Positions 1 to 12,230 of a stretch of DNA of 64,000 nt are shown piece by piece; the stretch's first letter is position 1, and each line of letters begins with the position of its first letter. The notes under the pieces were generated by a model, which was not told the origin of the DNA, did no database searches, and saw only the letters and a program-made list of their open reading frames with translations. Origin of the DNA: Squalus acanthias (lineage: Eukaryota); contig CM059437.1 of the NCBI GenBank assembly GCA_030390025.1, forward strand, positions 54,250,001-54,314,000. Direction: 5' to 3'. Position numbers and translations under genes: made by a program.

Positions 1-547
1 TTATGGGGATTTTAACTATCATATTAATTGGACAAATCAAATTGGGCAAGGCTGCCTTGAGGATGAGTTCATTGAGTGTATTAGGCATGGGTTTCCTTGA
101 GCAGTATGTAACTGAACCGACCAGGGGCAAGCAACCTTAGATCTGGTCCTGTGTAATGAGACAGGATTAATTAAAAATGTCCCAGTAAAGGATCCCCTTG
201 GAATGAGTGACCAAAACATGGTTGAATTCCATATTCAATTAGAGGGTGAGAAGGTTGGATCTCAAACAAGCGTGCTAAGCTTGAATAAAGGAGACTATGA
301 AGGTATGCGAGCGGAATTGAGTAGCGTGGATTGGGAAAATAGATTAAAGGGTAAGACGATACATGATCAGTGTTGTACATTTAAGGAGTTATTGTACAAC
401 TTCTTAAAAAAATATATTTCACTGAGAAGAAAAGGGTGTAAAAGAAAAGACAGTCATCCGTGGCTAAGTAAAGAAATTAAGGATAGTATTCGACTAAAAA
501 CAAGGGCTTATAAGGTAGCCATATCTAGTGGGAGGATAGAGGATTGG
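1..547 (+). mobile_element. CR1-clade LINE ORF2, 5' part (end of endonuclease plus linker), cut by the window edge and interrupted by a solo LTR
   Basis: Reads GDFNY..INW, LDLVL, PLGMSDQNMVEFHI, KGDYEGMRAELSSVDW and PWLSKEIKDSIRLK, all typical of CR1 ORF2. The sequence resumes at 1810. Confidence 0.85.
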
Positions 548-1809
548 TGTAGGCTTCGCAAAATCCCCCAGAAAATCGAACAGTGCCCTAAAGGGAGCGA
601 TTTTTGGACCTTTCATACAAACTTGGGATAATGGGACCTAAGTGAAGTGATTTGATGTAAAACCCTCAGTCTCGGACATTTTAAAGATCAGGGAAGAAAA
701 AACCTGAGGAAAATGACTTTTGAATCTTACTGTTGGGAAAGACACCTTTCACAGACACAAGACAGGCTGCAGAGGGGCGTGGACAGGCAGTGGACAGCTT
801 CGGGTATTGGGGCCCAATCAAGCTGTCTGGGAATTGTTTACACTGCAATCCTACCAAGGTGGAAGAGACAAACCCAAAGCCTCTCACACACATCGAAATA
901 TCCAAGACCCCCTTTTGAAATTCCCAGACCCAAACAGGATACCAGAAGCCTGACATCAATAAAACATTTAGTACTTCATCAAAAGCCAATCAACCAGGTA
1001 GCCACAGGACAGATTTAAAAGCCCGCCAAAAGCCCTTGGACAATAGGGTTGAGATTTGGCGCGTAGATAAGGCTGTGTTTAAATCGGAAAACGATCAAGA
1101 CATGTTTAACACTGAGCTAAAGCCATCGGAACTGGCAAGCCCACCAAAACTAGACAATGGACTAAGCAAGGCTCATTTGCAACCTAAAGGAAACGTTTTA
1201 GTAAGAGGTTTTTGGGCGCGAAAAAAAAGACAGTATAATTGAAAGCCTGTCCCAAAACTTCTTTCTCTTTTTTGGACTCGCTGACTACGCTGACACAGCT
1301 CTCTCCCTGCTCCAGCAAAAACCACTACAAGCCACGAGGAGGAAGGCCAGCAAACAGACCAGCACACAAGAAGAAACCAGAGCGACTGCCTCAGTGACCA
1401 TCGGACACCCCGCAGCAACAAGGGCCTTACAAAATCTTTTAAACAAAAGACTCTAAAATCCTGCCAAGGATTCGTTGGTGAGCATTATCCCTGATCGCCT
1501 GAAACCAAAAACCTAGCTAGATAGTGGGATCTTTGGGAGGGATATGGTTTTTGGTTTGGTATATTGTCTTTCTCCCTTGCCTGTACCGTGTGCTCCCCAA
1601 TCTGTGTTTAAGTGTTAAGTGTGTTTTAAGTTTGTTACATTTTACTTTTAATAAAGTAAAAATTCTTTCATGAGAACCTGTTGTCTGCTGCATTTTTTGT
1701 TCACAACCCCTAAATAAGTCCAAAGTCTAGGAACCAGAGGGGTGTGGGAGCGATTCGAAACACTCACTGAGTCAGAAAGTGTAGGCTGACCCCATTACCA
1801 CCCGCTACA
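548..1809 (+). mobile_element. Solo LTR (1262 bp) of an LTR retrotransposon or ERV
   Basis: Ends TGTAG...CTACA with a 4-bp TSD TTGG (544-547 and 1810-1813). Removing it restores the CR1 reading GRIEDW-ENFK. AATAAA near 959 and 1650; no recognisable gag/pol. Strand is inferred from the AATAAA sites. Confidence 0.8.
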
Positions 1810-3907
1810 TTGGGAAAACTTTAAAAGACTGCAAAAAATAACAAAAAGATTGATTAAGAAAGGGAAGATAGATTATGAAAGTAAATTAGCAAAAAATATA
1901 AAAACAGATAGTAAGAGTTTTTATAGTTATATAAAAAGAAAAAGGGTGGCTAAAGTAAATGTTGGTCCCTTAGAGGATGAGACCGGGAAATTAATGGTGG
2001 GAAATATGGAGATGGCAAATACACTGAATGAATATTTTGTATCAGACTTTACAGTAGAGGACACTAAGAATATCCCAACACTGGACAAACAGGGAGCTAT
2101 AGGGGTGGGGGCGGCGGGGGGAGCTAAACACGATCAAAATCACTAAGGAAGTGGTACTCGGTAAAATAATGGGACTCAAGGCGGATAAATCACCTGGACC
2201 TGATGGCTTACATTCTAGGGTCTTGAGGGAAGTGGCGGTAGGGATTGTGGATGCATTGGTAATAATTTTCCAAAACTCCCTGGACTCAGCAAAGATCCCG
2301 GCAGACTGGAAAACTGCTAATGTAACACACTTATTTAAAAAGGGCAGTAGACAGAAGGATGGAAACTATAGACCGGTTAGCCTAACATCTGTGGTAGGTA
2401 AAATTTTGGAGTCCATTATTAAGGAGACAGTAACGGGACATTTGGATAATCATAATTTAATAGGACAAAGTCAGCATGGTTTTATGAAGGGGAAGTCATG
2501 TTTGACAAATTTGCTGGAGTTCTTTGAGGAAGTAACATACAGGGTGGATAAAGGGGAACCAGTGGATGTGGTGTATTTAGACTTCGAAAAGGCATTTGAC
2601 AAGGTGCCACACAAAAGATTATTGCTTAAGATAAAAAATCACGGGATTGGGGGTAATATTCTGGCATGGATAGAGGATTGGCTATCTAACAGAAGGCAGA
2701 GAGTTGGGATAAATGGTTCATTCTCAGACTGGCAATCAGTAACTAGTGGTGTTCACAGGGGTCAGTGCTGGGTCCCCAACTCTTACAATCTATATTAACG
2801 ATTTGGAGGAGGGGACCGAGTGTAACATATCAAAGTTTGCAGATGATACTAAGATGGGAGGGAAAGTAGTGAGTGAGGAGGACATAAAAAATCTGCAAGG
2901 GGACATAGACAGGCTAAGTAAGTGGGCAGAGATTTGGCAGATGGAATACAATACTGGAAAGTGTGAGGTTATGCACTTTGGCAGGAAAAATAGTGAGCAA
3001 GTTATTATCTTAATGGCAAGAAACTGGAAAGTACTGAAGTACAAAGGGATCTGGGGGTCCTGGTGCACGAAACTCAAAAGGTTAGTATGCAGGTGCAGCA
3101 AGTGATTAAGAAGGCCAATGGAATGTTGGCTTTCATTGCTAGGGGGATAGAATATAAAAATAGGGAGGTATTGCTTCAGTTGTACAAGGTATTGGTGAGA
3201 CCGCACCTGGAATACTGCATACAGTTTTGGTGTCCATACTTAAGAAAAGACATCCTTGCTCTCGAGTCAGTACAAAAAAGGTTCACTCGGTTAATCCCGG
3301 GGATGAGGGGATGGACATATGAGGAGAGGTTGGGTAGATTGGGACTCTACTCATTGGAGTTCAGAAGAATGAGAGGCGATCTTATTGAAACATATAAGAT
3401 TGTGAAGGGGTTGGATCGGGTGGATGCGGGGAGGATGTTCCCGATGATGGGTGAAACTAGAACTAGGGGGCATAGTCTTAGAATAAGGGGCTGCTCTTTC
3501 AAAACTGAGATGAGAAGGAACTACTTCACTCAGAGGGTGGTAGGTCCATGGAATATGCTGCCCCAAAAAGCTGTAGAAGCTACATCATTACATAAATTTA
3601 AAACAGAAATAGACAGTTTCCTAGAAGTAAAGGGAATTAAGGGTTACGGGGAGCGGGCAGGAATTTGGACATGAGTCTAGGTTCGGATCGGTCATGGCCC
3701 TGTGGGTAGCGTAGCGGGCCCAGGGACCGTGTAGCCTGATCCTGCTCCTATTTCGTGTGTCCAATTCTGTTAGGTTCAGGAGATGGTTCTGTGATAGTAG
3801 ATTGGCGGTTAGGATCAGATCAGCCATGATCTTATTGAATGGCGGAGCAGGCTCGAGGGGCCAATTGGCCTACTCCTGCTCCTATTTCTTATGTTCTTAT
3901 GTTCTTA
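1810..3907 (+). mobile_element. CR1-clade LINE ORF2 reverse transcriptase, 3' part (frameshifted), with 3' tail
   Basis: Motifs [38 protein letters not shown] and LVRPHLEYC across ORFs 2151-2798, 2746-3105 and 3063-3674. Ends in (TTCTTATG)n at about 3886-3907. Confidence 0.92.
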
Positions 3908-5015
3908 TTGGAAAACGTGGCCAGAGGGAAGAGGGCCAATATGTCTCTGGACAGGAGAACTTATCCTCACAGGGTATTCCGGGAGCAGTTCTCATACAAT
4001 CATCTGTCGAAGGAGCAGTGCATTAGTCGGCTCCGCTTCAGCAAGGAGGTGGCCACTCAGCTCTGCCACCTCCTGCAGCCAGAGCTCCAGCCGCAGCTCA
4101 GGACCAGCACGTCTCTGTCGATGGCAGTGAAGGTCAGTCGGTCTCAATTTCTACGGCAGCGGCTCCTTCCAGGTTTCAACAGGCGATATTGCAAACATTT
4201 CACAATTCGCTGTCCATTGCTGCATCTGGGAGGTTACAGATGCTCTGTACAGAAGGAGAAGAGAGTAGATCTCATTCCCCATGACCTTAGACAAAGAGCT
4301 TGAACGCTCATGTGGTGTCGCAAGGGTAGCAGGCTTCCCCATGGTTCAGGCATCATTGACTAACCCTACGTGGCATTGCGGGCACCTCATCACAATGCAG
4401 AGGTGGTTTCGAAACTGCAAAGGCTACCATTCTCTCAACATGCAGTTGGTGCGCGACCACAGAGAGCGCATCCTTGCAATGAATGCCCACTATCCTGGCA
4501 GCACCCACGATGCATTAATCCTGCGCCAGACTGGTTTCCCAGCAGTATTCCAACCACTGCATCAAACTAACAGCTGGCTCCTCAGGGACAAGGGTTATCC
4601 TCTCGCCACCTGGCTGTTGACACTCCTCCATAATTTCAACACTCCTGCTGAGCACGCATACAATGAGAACCACAGTGCCACCAGGAACCTGATCGAACAG
4701 ACTATCGGTGTGCTAAAGCAACAGTTCCGCTGTCTGGACCACTTTGGAGGAGCCCTGCAGTTCTCCCCTGAACGAGTCTCCGTTTTCATTGTTGTGTGCT
4801 GCATGCTACACAATCTGGCCATTCTGAGGGCCCAACAATTGCCACCAGGGATTGCAGCTCCACTTCAGCAGAAGGAAGAGGGTGAGGAGGAGGCGGAGGA
4901 GGAGGATGAAGAGGGAGAGGAGGAGGCGGAGGAGGATGAAGAGGAGGAAGACCAGCACCAACATAGGAGGGAGACGCTCGTGAAAGTCTCATTACACAGC
5001 GCTTCCAATAAATGA
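3908..5015 (+). pseudogene. Harbinger/PIF (HARBI1-like) DDE transposase, degenerate, copy 1
   Basis: CISRLRFSKE, AGFP, NCKGYHSLNMQLV, YPGSTHDA, DKGYPL, HSATRNLIEQTIGVLKQQFRCL, CCMLHNLA, followed by an acidic Glu tail. Frameshifted. Confidence 0.88.
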
Positions 5016-5325
5016 GATAGCAGATGGCATTTGGGCTGAACAACCACATCTTTACAGTCACTTCGCAGCCCCTATGACCAGCTAAAGTTCCAATGAGAAA
5101 CATGACAAAATTTGTAGCGTTGAAATAAAAAGATATTATTCTGCACAACTCTGTTTTATTAAACACAAACAATAATTAACAAACACAACAATTTAAGAAG
5201 AAACAGAACTGGTTCTTAGCAAATGGAAATACTTCTTACCAAACTGAACAATATATTTTCAAACACATCAACTTTGGTACACCCATTTGCTGGTCATGTG
5301 GCTACGCAAAGATAGCGGGTTTTAT

Positions 5326-6608
5326 TTACTGGGCTTTCCTCAATGATCTTCCTCCCCTTTGCAATTTCCCCCTCCCAACCCTACTGCTCCTCCGTAATGT
5401 GGCCCCAGTGGCTGCAGCAAGGCAGGTGGAAGGCTGCTGAGTTTTGGGGTCAGAGACTGCAGATGGCCTTGCAGGACGCCCTCGATCAGCTCTGGGCCTT
5501 GAGAGCCCGGCTGCAGACTGTACTAAATCTGCATGGGCTGCAGCAGTCTGGGATAGCTGGGTTACAGGCTGCGGAAAGTGCAATGGCAGAGTGGCACTGT
5601 TGGGAGCAGGAATGCTGTCATCCTGAGAGAGGAAAGCACCTCCCTGCTCGAACGACACACTGCCACTCCCCCGGGGCAGAACCTCAGCATCCAGAGCATT
5701 CTGCTCGAGCAAAGCTTGTTGGCCTGCTGTGGCACAGTGAGATCCCCGGTGGACAGTAGCCGACCCAGCTATGATGGCAGCAGTCAACGCTTGCGTGACA
5801 TTAATTTGAGATTGCATGAGAGCAGTCTGAGGTTGGATACCATCAACCACTGACTTCATTACAGCGCTAAGCCGTTACATTGCCTCAGACTGTGCTGCAA
5901 TAGATGCTGCCACCTCACCCATAACACATGGCATGGGGTCTGGGTCCCCATGGTCTTCCTGAAAATCAACCATCCTCTGTAAAGTGGCAAGGATGGGCTC
6001 GAGGGTTTGCGCACAGAGGACAGCAGTGCTGGTGGTGGACACATCCATGCTCCTAGCCAGTATATCCATGCTCTCTGGCACCGCTGCTATTGCACCCATA
6101 TGCATGATCATCGCCTGTGTGGTCATCGCCTCGACATCGAAGTTCTCATCCAAGTCTTGTGCAGCAGAACTCGTGCACGCACTACCCACCGGGAGATGGC
6201 CCCCGAGCTTCCCTTCCCCCATGGTGATGCTGCAGCCCGCTGGGTCCCAGAGCTTCACTCACATCAGAGCGATTTCCGCTGCTCCCCTCCAGCGACCGCA
6301 TGGCCCCATTATCCGATGTCTCACCCTCGGGAGATGCAGGCAGTGAGGCTCTGGCCTGGTGTTCCTTCTCCCCTCCCGCGTCTCTGCCACTGGGAGGCTG
6401 AGGGACAAGCGGTTCAGATGGTGGCTGATTATCTGAAAGCAGCAAGGGACAAGAGTGGCATTAACGTGAGGGGAGTGGGGCAGGAAGGGAGCAAGGAATG
6501 GAGACAGTATACTTAGATGAAAAGTGGGAAGGGATCGTGTTGTGAGGGGAAGTGGTCTGAGAGAAGAGGGAAAGTTGATGAAGATATCATTGCTGTCCCC
6601 AAGGGGTA
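5326..6608 (-). pseudogene. Harbinger accessory (Myb/SANT-type) gene, 3' exons, copy 1, convergent with the transposase
   Basis: Low-complexity ORFs 5326-5859 and 5875-6258 end in a basic tail (RRSSRVGRGK). Colinear with 60229-61520. The convergent two-gene layout is known for Harbinger elements. Confidence 0.7.
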
Positions 6609-8126
6609 GTGGACGCATTGGTTGCCATCTTCCAAAATTCCATAGATTCTGGAACGGTTCCTGCAGATTGGAGGATAGTAAATGTAACCCTGCTATTTAA
6701 GAAAGGATGGAGCGAGAAGACGGGGAACTACAGACCTGTTAGCTTCACATCAGTAGTTGGGAAAATGCTGGCATCTATTATAACGGTTGCAGTAAATGGA
6801 CACTTAGAAACTAATAGTAAGATTGGGCAGAGTCAACATGGATTTATGAAAGGGAAATCCTGTTTGACAAACCTATTGGAGTTCTTTGAAGCTGTAACTA
6901 GTGGAGTAGTCAAAGGAGAACCGGTAGATGTCGTGTATTTGGATTTTCAGAAGGCTTTTGATAAGGTCCCACACAAGAGCTTGGTGAACAAAATTAGGGC
7001 ACATGGAATTGGTGGTAATATACTAGCATGGATTGAGAATTGGTTAACAGACAGAAAACAAAGAGTAGGGATAAACGTGTCTTTTTCAGGATGGCAGGCT
7101 GTGACTAGTGGGGTACCGCAAGGATCGGTGCTTGGGCCCCAGCTATTCACAATCTATATCAATGATTTGGGTGAGGGGACGAAATATAACATTTCCAAAT
7201 TTGCTGATGACACAAAGCTAGGTGGCAATGTCAGTTGTGAAGAGGATGTGAAGAAGCTTTAAGGGGATCTCGACAGGCTCAGTGAGTGGCGAGCACATGG
7301 CAGATGGAATATAATGTGGATAAATGTGAAGTTATCCACTTTGGTAGAAAAAACAGAAAGGCAGAGTATTTCCTAAATGGTGAAAGATTGGGGAATGCAG
7401 ATGCTCAAAGGGTGGCCTTGTACATGAGTCACTGAAAGTGAATGTGCTGGTGCAGCAAGCCATTAGGAAGGCAAATAGTATGCTGGCCTTCATTACAAGA
7501 GGATTTGAGTACAGGAGTAAAGAAGTCTTACTCCAATTATATAGGGCCTTGGTGAGACCACACCTGGAGTGCTGTCTACAATTTTGGTCTCCTTACCTGA
7601 GGATGGATATACTTGCCATAGAGGGAGTCCAACGAAGGTTCACGAGATTAATTCCTGGGATGGCGGGATTGTCGTATGAGAAGAGATTGAGTAAACTAGG
7701 CCTGTATTCTCTTGAATTTAGAAGTATGAGAGGGGATCTCATTGAAGCATACAAAATGATTACAGGGCTTGAGAGGGCGGATGCTGGGAGAATGTTTCCC
7801 TTGGCTGGGGAGTCTAGAACCAGGGACCACAGCCTCAGGATAAAGGGTAGGCCATTCAGGACTGAGATGAGAGACATTTCTTCACACAGAGGGTGGTGAA
7901 TCTTTGGAATTCTCTACCCCAGAGGGCTGTGGAGGCTCAGTCCTTGGGTATATCAAAACAGAAGTCAATAGATTTCTGACTGGTAAGGGCTTCAAGGGAT
8001 ATGGCGATAGGGCTGGTGAATGGAGTTGAGGCAGAACACCAGCCGTGACCTCATTGAATGGTGGAGCAGGCTCGAAGGGCCGAGTGGCCTACTCCTGCTC
8101 CTATTTCTTATGTTCTTATGTTCTTA
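6609..8126 (+). mobile_element. 5'-truncated CR1 LINE inserted in the Harbinger accessory gene
   Basis: [28 protein letters not shown] and LVRPHLE motifs; (TTCTTATG)n tail to 8126. Confidence 0.92.
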
Positions 8127-8191
8127 ACCAGAGCCTCCAATGCCTGGTCGCTGAACCGGCGAGCTCTCTCCCTGGGCCTCTGAGCAGCCAT
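8127..8191 (-). pseudogene. Start of the Harbinger Myb/SANT-like ORF (MAAQRPRERARRFSDQALEALV)
   Basis: My translation from the ATG at 8191; resembles the N-terminus of Harbinger Myb/SANT proteins (RxxRFSxxxLEALV). Confidence 0.7.
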
Positions 8192-8322
8192 GAGATTTCT
8201 GTTTGAAGGATTCCATCTCCTTGCAGGCCCAGGTCACAAGCAGTAATGATATAGGGTGAGGTTGCAGTATGATTGAACATCCCCTTTAAGAACTGGAAGG
8301 CGCAAGTCTGCCTGAGTACAAG

Positions 8323-9381
8323 GGGGACAAAATCGGTTGGTTACAGCCTCCCATTAGCACCTCCGGGGAGCACTAACGGGGCGCTAGGAACAAAGCACCC
8401 GAGCGTGGCAATTTTAGCGCCACTCGCAAAATTGACCAGTCGTTTTGTGGCGGCGCTAATCACTACCATCAGAGTCTCCTGCGCCCGCAGATCATGATGT
8501 CAGTCGAGCATGCAATGCCCTGATAATGCCCCGGTCCGGATGTTGTGTTGCGTCCCCTGCCTTGGCTCCTGCTGCTAGGAACAACAGGTAAAGGGAAACG
8601 TTATCAAGTCGGGAAGGGGCTGGGGGAGCGCTCTTTAAAGGCGGGCACTTCCTGCCTTTTATTGTCGGCAAAATTTTTGGTACACGCTGGTTGAGAGGGA
8701 GAGAGATGTCTGGAGAGATGTTATGCTGTCCTAAGGAGTTGTGGCCCTCAGTACCACTTTTGAGGTTCCTAAGCACCGAGCTCTTTCCCTGGGCCTATCC
8801 CATAGTGCTTCCAACAGAATTGCTTTAGAGGTCTCTCCAGGCCGAGATTCAAGGTTGTACTGAGCAGGGTGTGGCTGGCCAGCAAGATGGCTCCACCTCT
8901 TTAAGAAGTGGACTGCGCCAGTCTGTCTGGCTTCCATGGCAACTGACATCGCCTGAGCTTCGGTAGCGTTCTGAGGTAACGCCTCGCTCCCTGCTGTTCG
9001 TACCTTTAAAGAGGTGTGTAGCACCTGATTTAGCGCTTAAATCACCTGCAGGGGCGATAGAGGCAAATTTTGCAGTCAGAAGCAACAAGTAGCCCCAGGT
9101 GCTAAACATTGCACCCGGCCGATATTAGCGCCACAAATTGGGTGATACCCAATTTTCCCCTCCATGGTAATTGACAGCGCCTGAGTTTGAGTAGCGCTCT
9201 GAGGTAGCGACCCGTTCCCGCCCTAAGAGAAAGGAGTAGTGCTTGATTTAGCGCTCGAATCACCTCCAGGAGCGCAAAAGCCGAATTTCACAGTCGCCAG
9301 CGGTAATTTGCGCCAGGCGATAAAGTTTGCGGCCGACCTATGTTAGTGCCTCAAAATGGTTGATACTGAATATTACCCCCA
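8323..9381. mobile_element. Cluster of Harbinger-type terminal and subterminal sequences
   Basis: Begins GGGGACAAAATCGG. Two diverged copies of about 215 bp end in AATTTTCCCC (about 9160) and AATATTACCCC (about 9380). A second RPRERAR remnant lies at about 8775-8800. Confidence 0.55.
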
Positions 9382-10900
9382 GGTCCTTTTGAATGGTGAA
9401 GTTGTAAAAGCTACAGCAGCTGTAACTTTTTCGTGAGGTACGATATGGATCATGTGGCAAAGCTCCTCCAAATCTGACAAGGTAGTGAAAGCGTGCCGTT
9501 GAGGTCCTTTTGACCTCCTAATGACTAACCTAGTAGAGGCACTTGCCGACTTACTGTGCTCCGGTGCTGTCTTCGGGCGACCTTACTGGGAGAATAATCT
9601 ATGGGAGCAGGAACACCAGGAAGACAGTCATGGACGTGGTTTCCTCCCAGCCGCTTGACGAGATGTGGAGGAGGCAAATCCTTTTTTTAAATTCGTTTTT
9701 ATGGGATTTGGCGTCGCTGGCAAGGCCAGCATTTATTGCCCATCCCTTAATGCCCTTGAGAAAGTGTTGGTGAGCCACCTTCTTGAACCGCTGCAGTCCG
9801 TGTAGTGAAGGTACTCCCACGGTGCTGTTCAGGAGGGACTTCCAGGATTTTGACCCAGTGACGATGAAGGATCAGCGATATACATCTAAGTCAGGATGGT
9901 ATGTTTCTTGGAGGGGAACTTGGAGGTGATGGTGTTCCCATGCACCTGCTGCCCTTGTCCTTCTAGTTGGAAGAGGTCGCGGGATTGGGAGGTGCTGCCA
10001 AAGAAGCCTTGGTGTGTTGCTACAGTGCATCTTGTAGATGGTACACACTGCAGCCACGGTACGCTGGTGGTGGAGGGAGTGAATGTTTAAGGTGGTGGAT
10101 GGGGAGCCAATCAAGCGGGCTGCTTTGTCCTGGATGGTGTCGAGCTTCTTGAGTGTTGTTGCAACTGCACTCATCCAGGCAAGTGGAGAGTATTCCATCA
10201 CCCTTCTTACTTGTGCCTTGTACATGGTGGAAATGCTTTGGGGAGTTAGGAAGTGAGACACTTCTCCACAGAATACCTAGCCTCTGACCTGCTCTTTTGC
10301 CACAGTGTCTGGTCCAGTTAAGTTTCTGGTCAATGGTGACCCCCAGGATGTTGATGGTGGAGGATTAGGCGTTTGTAATACCGTTGAGTATCAAGGGGAG
10401 GTGATTAGACTCTCGCTTGTTGGCGATAGTCATTGCCTAGCACTTCTGTGGCGTGAATGTTACCTGCCAATTATCAGCCCAAGCCTGAACGTGGTCCAGG
10501 CATTGTTGCATGCTTCATTATCTGAGGAGTTTGTGAATGGCGCTGAACACTGTGCAATCATCAGTGAACATCCCCTTTTCTGTGGTAGTTGACGAAGCAA
10601 CATGCATGCCATCGATTGCAACCTTTCCCCGGAAAGGTAGATGGCCCTTATTTCTTTCTGCCTTGGTGTGATTCCAAAGGTGATGAGTTTGCCTGCTCTG
10701 CTGTAAAGGACATCCACAACATAATCAATGAACGGCCCATAATACTGCGCGGCTGATAGTGCAGAGAGTCCTAACGGTTGCCTAGAATTGCCCTGTGGTA
10801 TCAACGTTGAGGGCGGTACATAGTCCCCTGAGAGATCAGTTTGAGTGCATGAGTGTGGCTGGAGGTTCAGCTGTATGGTGAGCCCATTGCCTCCTCAGTA
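9382..10900 (-). pseudogene. Old Harbinger transposase fossil, split by a non-LTR insertion
   Basis: Segments 9382-9680 and 10575-10900 align with 27645-28420, which translates to degenerate HARBI1 motifs. Confidence 0.7.
9690..10575 (-). mobile_element. Non-LTR retrotransposon 3' fragment (CR1/L2/Jockey-group family distinct from the CR1 above)
   Basis: YKAQVRRVMEYSPLAWMS..KKLDTIQDKAARLIG; homologous to 56130-57165. Confidence 0.75.
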
Positions 10901-10914
10901 ACATAATTTATATA

Positions 10915-11200
10915 CTTGGCAAAAGAACTAGAGGGGAGATGAGGAGAATTTTTTTATGCAACCAGCTCTTATGATCTGGAAATCACTGCCTGAAAGGCTG
11001 GTGCAAGCAGGTTCAATGATAACTTTCAAAATAAAATTGGATAAATACTTGAAAAAGAAAAATGTGTAGGGCTATGCGGAAGGAGCACGGGAATGGGACT
11101 AATTGGATAGCTCTTTCAAAGAGCGGGCACAGGCACGATGCGCTGAATGGGCTGCTCTTGCTCTGTATGATTCTATGATTCTAAGATTCAACGATTCTAT
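10915..11200 (+). mobile_element. CR1 3'-end fragment
   Basis: RGEMRRIF..W.SLP remnant and (TATGATTC)n-like tail; paralog at about 61800-62040. Confidence 0.7.
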
Positions 11201-11369
11201 AGAACACGGACACATTGTATCAAATAAGATGAAGCGGATCTAATTGATTTATGCTGGAATGATAGATCCGTAATATTAACACAGGGTATCGAAGAATGGA
11301 AAATGTTCCTTGCTTAGTCTAATTATTATTGTCCTTTGATCTCGGGGTTTGGTCAACAATGGAATGGCC

Positions 11370-12230
11370 TCAGTTATTGGCCATCACTATGTGCCCTGAG
11401 AAATTGGTGGACTGCATTCTGTTTGAAGCTCTGTTTGTGGTGATGGTGCTCCCATGCTGGTATTGGGTAAGTAATACCAGGCGATTGAACCAGCGACTGA
11501 TTTAAGATAGTGCATAGCTTGGAGGGGAACCTGGAGGTTACGTTGTTCGCACAACATTGTTGCACTGATCCTTCTCAGTGTAGAGGTGGCAGGGAAGACC
11601 AGTGCTATCAAATCAACCGTGGTAATGTGCTGCAGTGCATTCAGTAGATCCTACATATTGCTGCTACAGTATGCCAATGATGAGCTATATATCGGGTTCA
11701 GTGGCAGAGCTCAGATCAAGCGAACAGTTCTCTTTTGATTGCTGTTGAAGTACTAGATGCCCCGAGAAATTGGTGGAGGACGTTCTCTTTGAAGCTCTGT
11801 TTATGATTATGGTAACCCCATGCTGGTATTGGGTAAGTAATCCCAGGTGATTGACCCAGCGACCGTAAAAGAGTGGCGATATACGATAGTGCATGGCTTG
11901 GAGGGGAACCTGGAGATTACGGTGTTCGCACAACATTGTTGCTCTGATCCTTCTCAGTGTAGAGGTGACAGAGAAGGCCAGTACTATCAAATCTTTTGAT
12001 TGCTGTTGAAGTACTTGTGTATTGTTGAGGCTGCACGCATCAGACAGGTGGTGAATATTCCATCACACTGTTCACTTGAGTCGATAGATCTTCGAGAGGC
12101 TTCCAGGAGTCACAGAGAACCTAGCCTCAGCCCTGCTCTTGTAGCCATAGTTTTGCTACGACTGTTTCAGTTAATCTTCTGACCTTTGGTAACCTACAAG
12201 ATGTTGATCGTGGGGCTTTTTGGAAGTATG
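11370..12230 (-). mobile_element. Degenerate non-LTR 3' fragment with an internal tandem duplication
   Basis: Similar to 9690-10330. The unit starting at about 11386 recurs at about 11752. A single copy is present at 62225-62800. Confidence 0.6.

Noticed and set aside
681-1723. Short ORFs as novel host genes
   Set aside because: They lie within the solo LTR and have no recognisable domains.
4870-4950. (GAG)n tract with poly-Ser and poly-Pro antisense ORFs (also about 59745-59822)
   Set aside because: It encodes the acidic tail of the Harbinger transposase and is not a separate gene.
4281-5015. Domesticated host gene HARBI1
   Set aside because: The copies are frameshifted, lack an intact first catalytic Asp motif, occur several times and are paired with a Myb-like gene, so they are transposon fossils.
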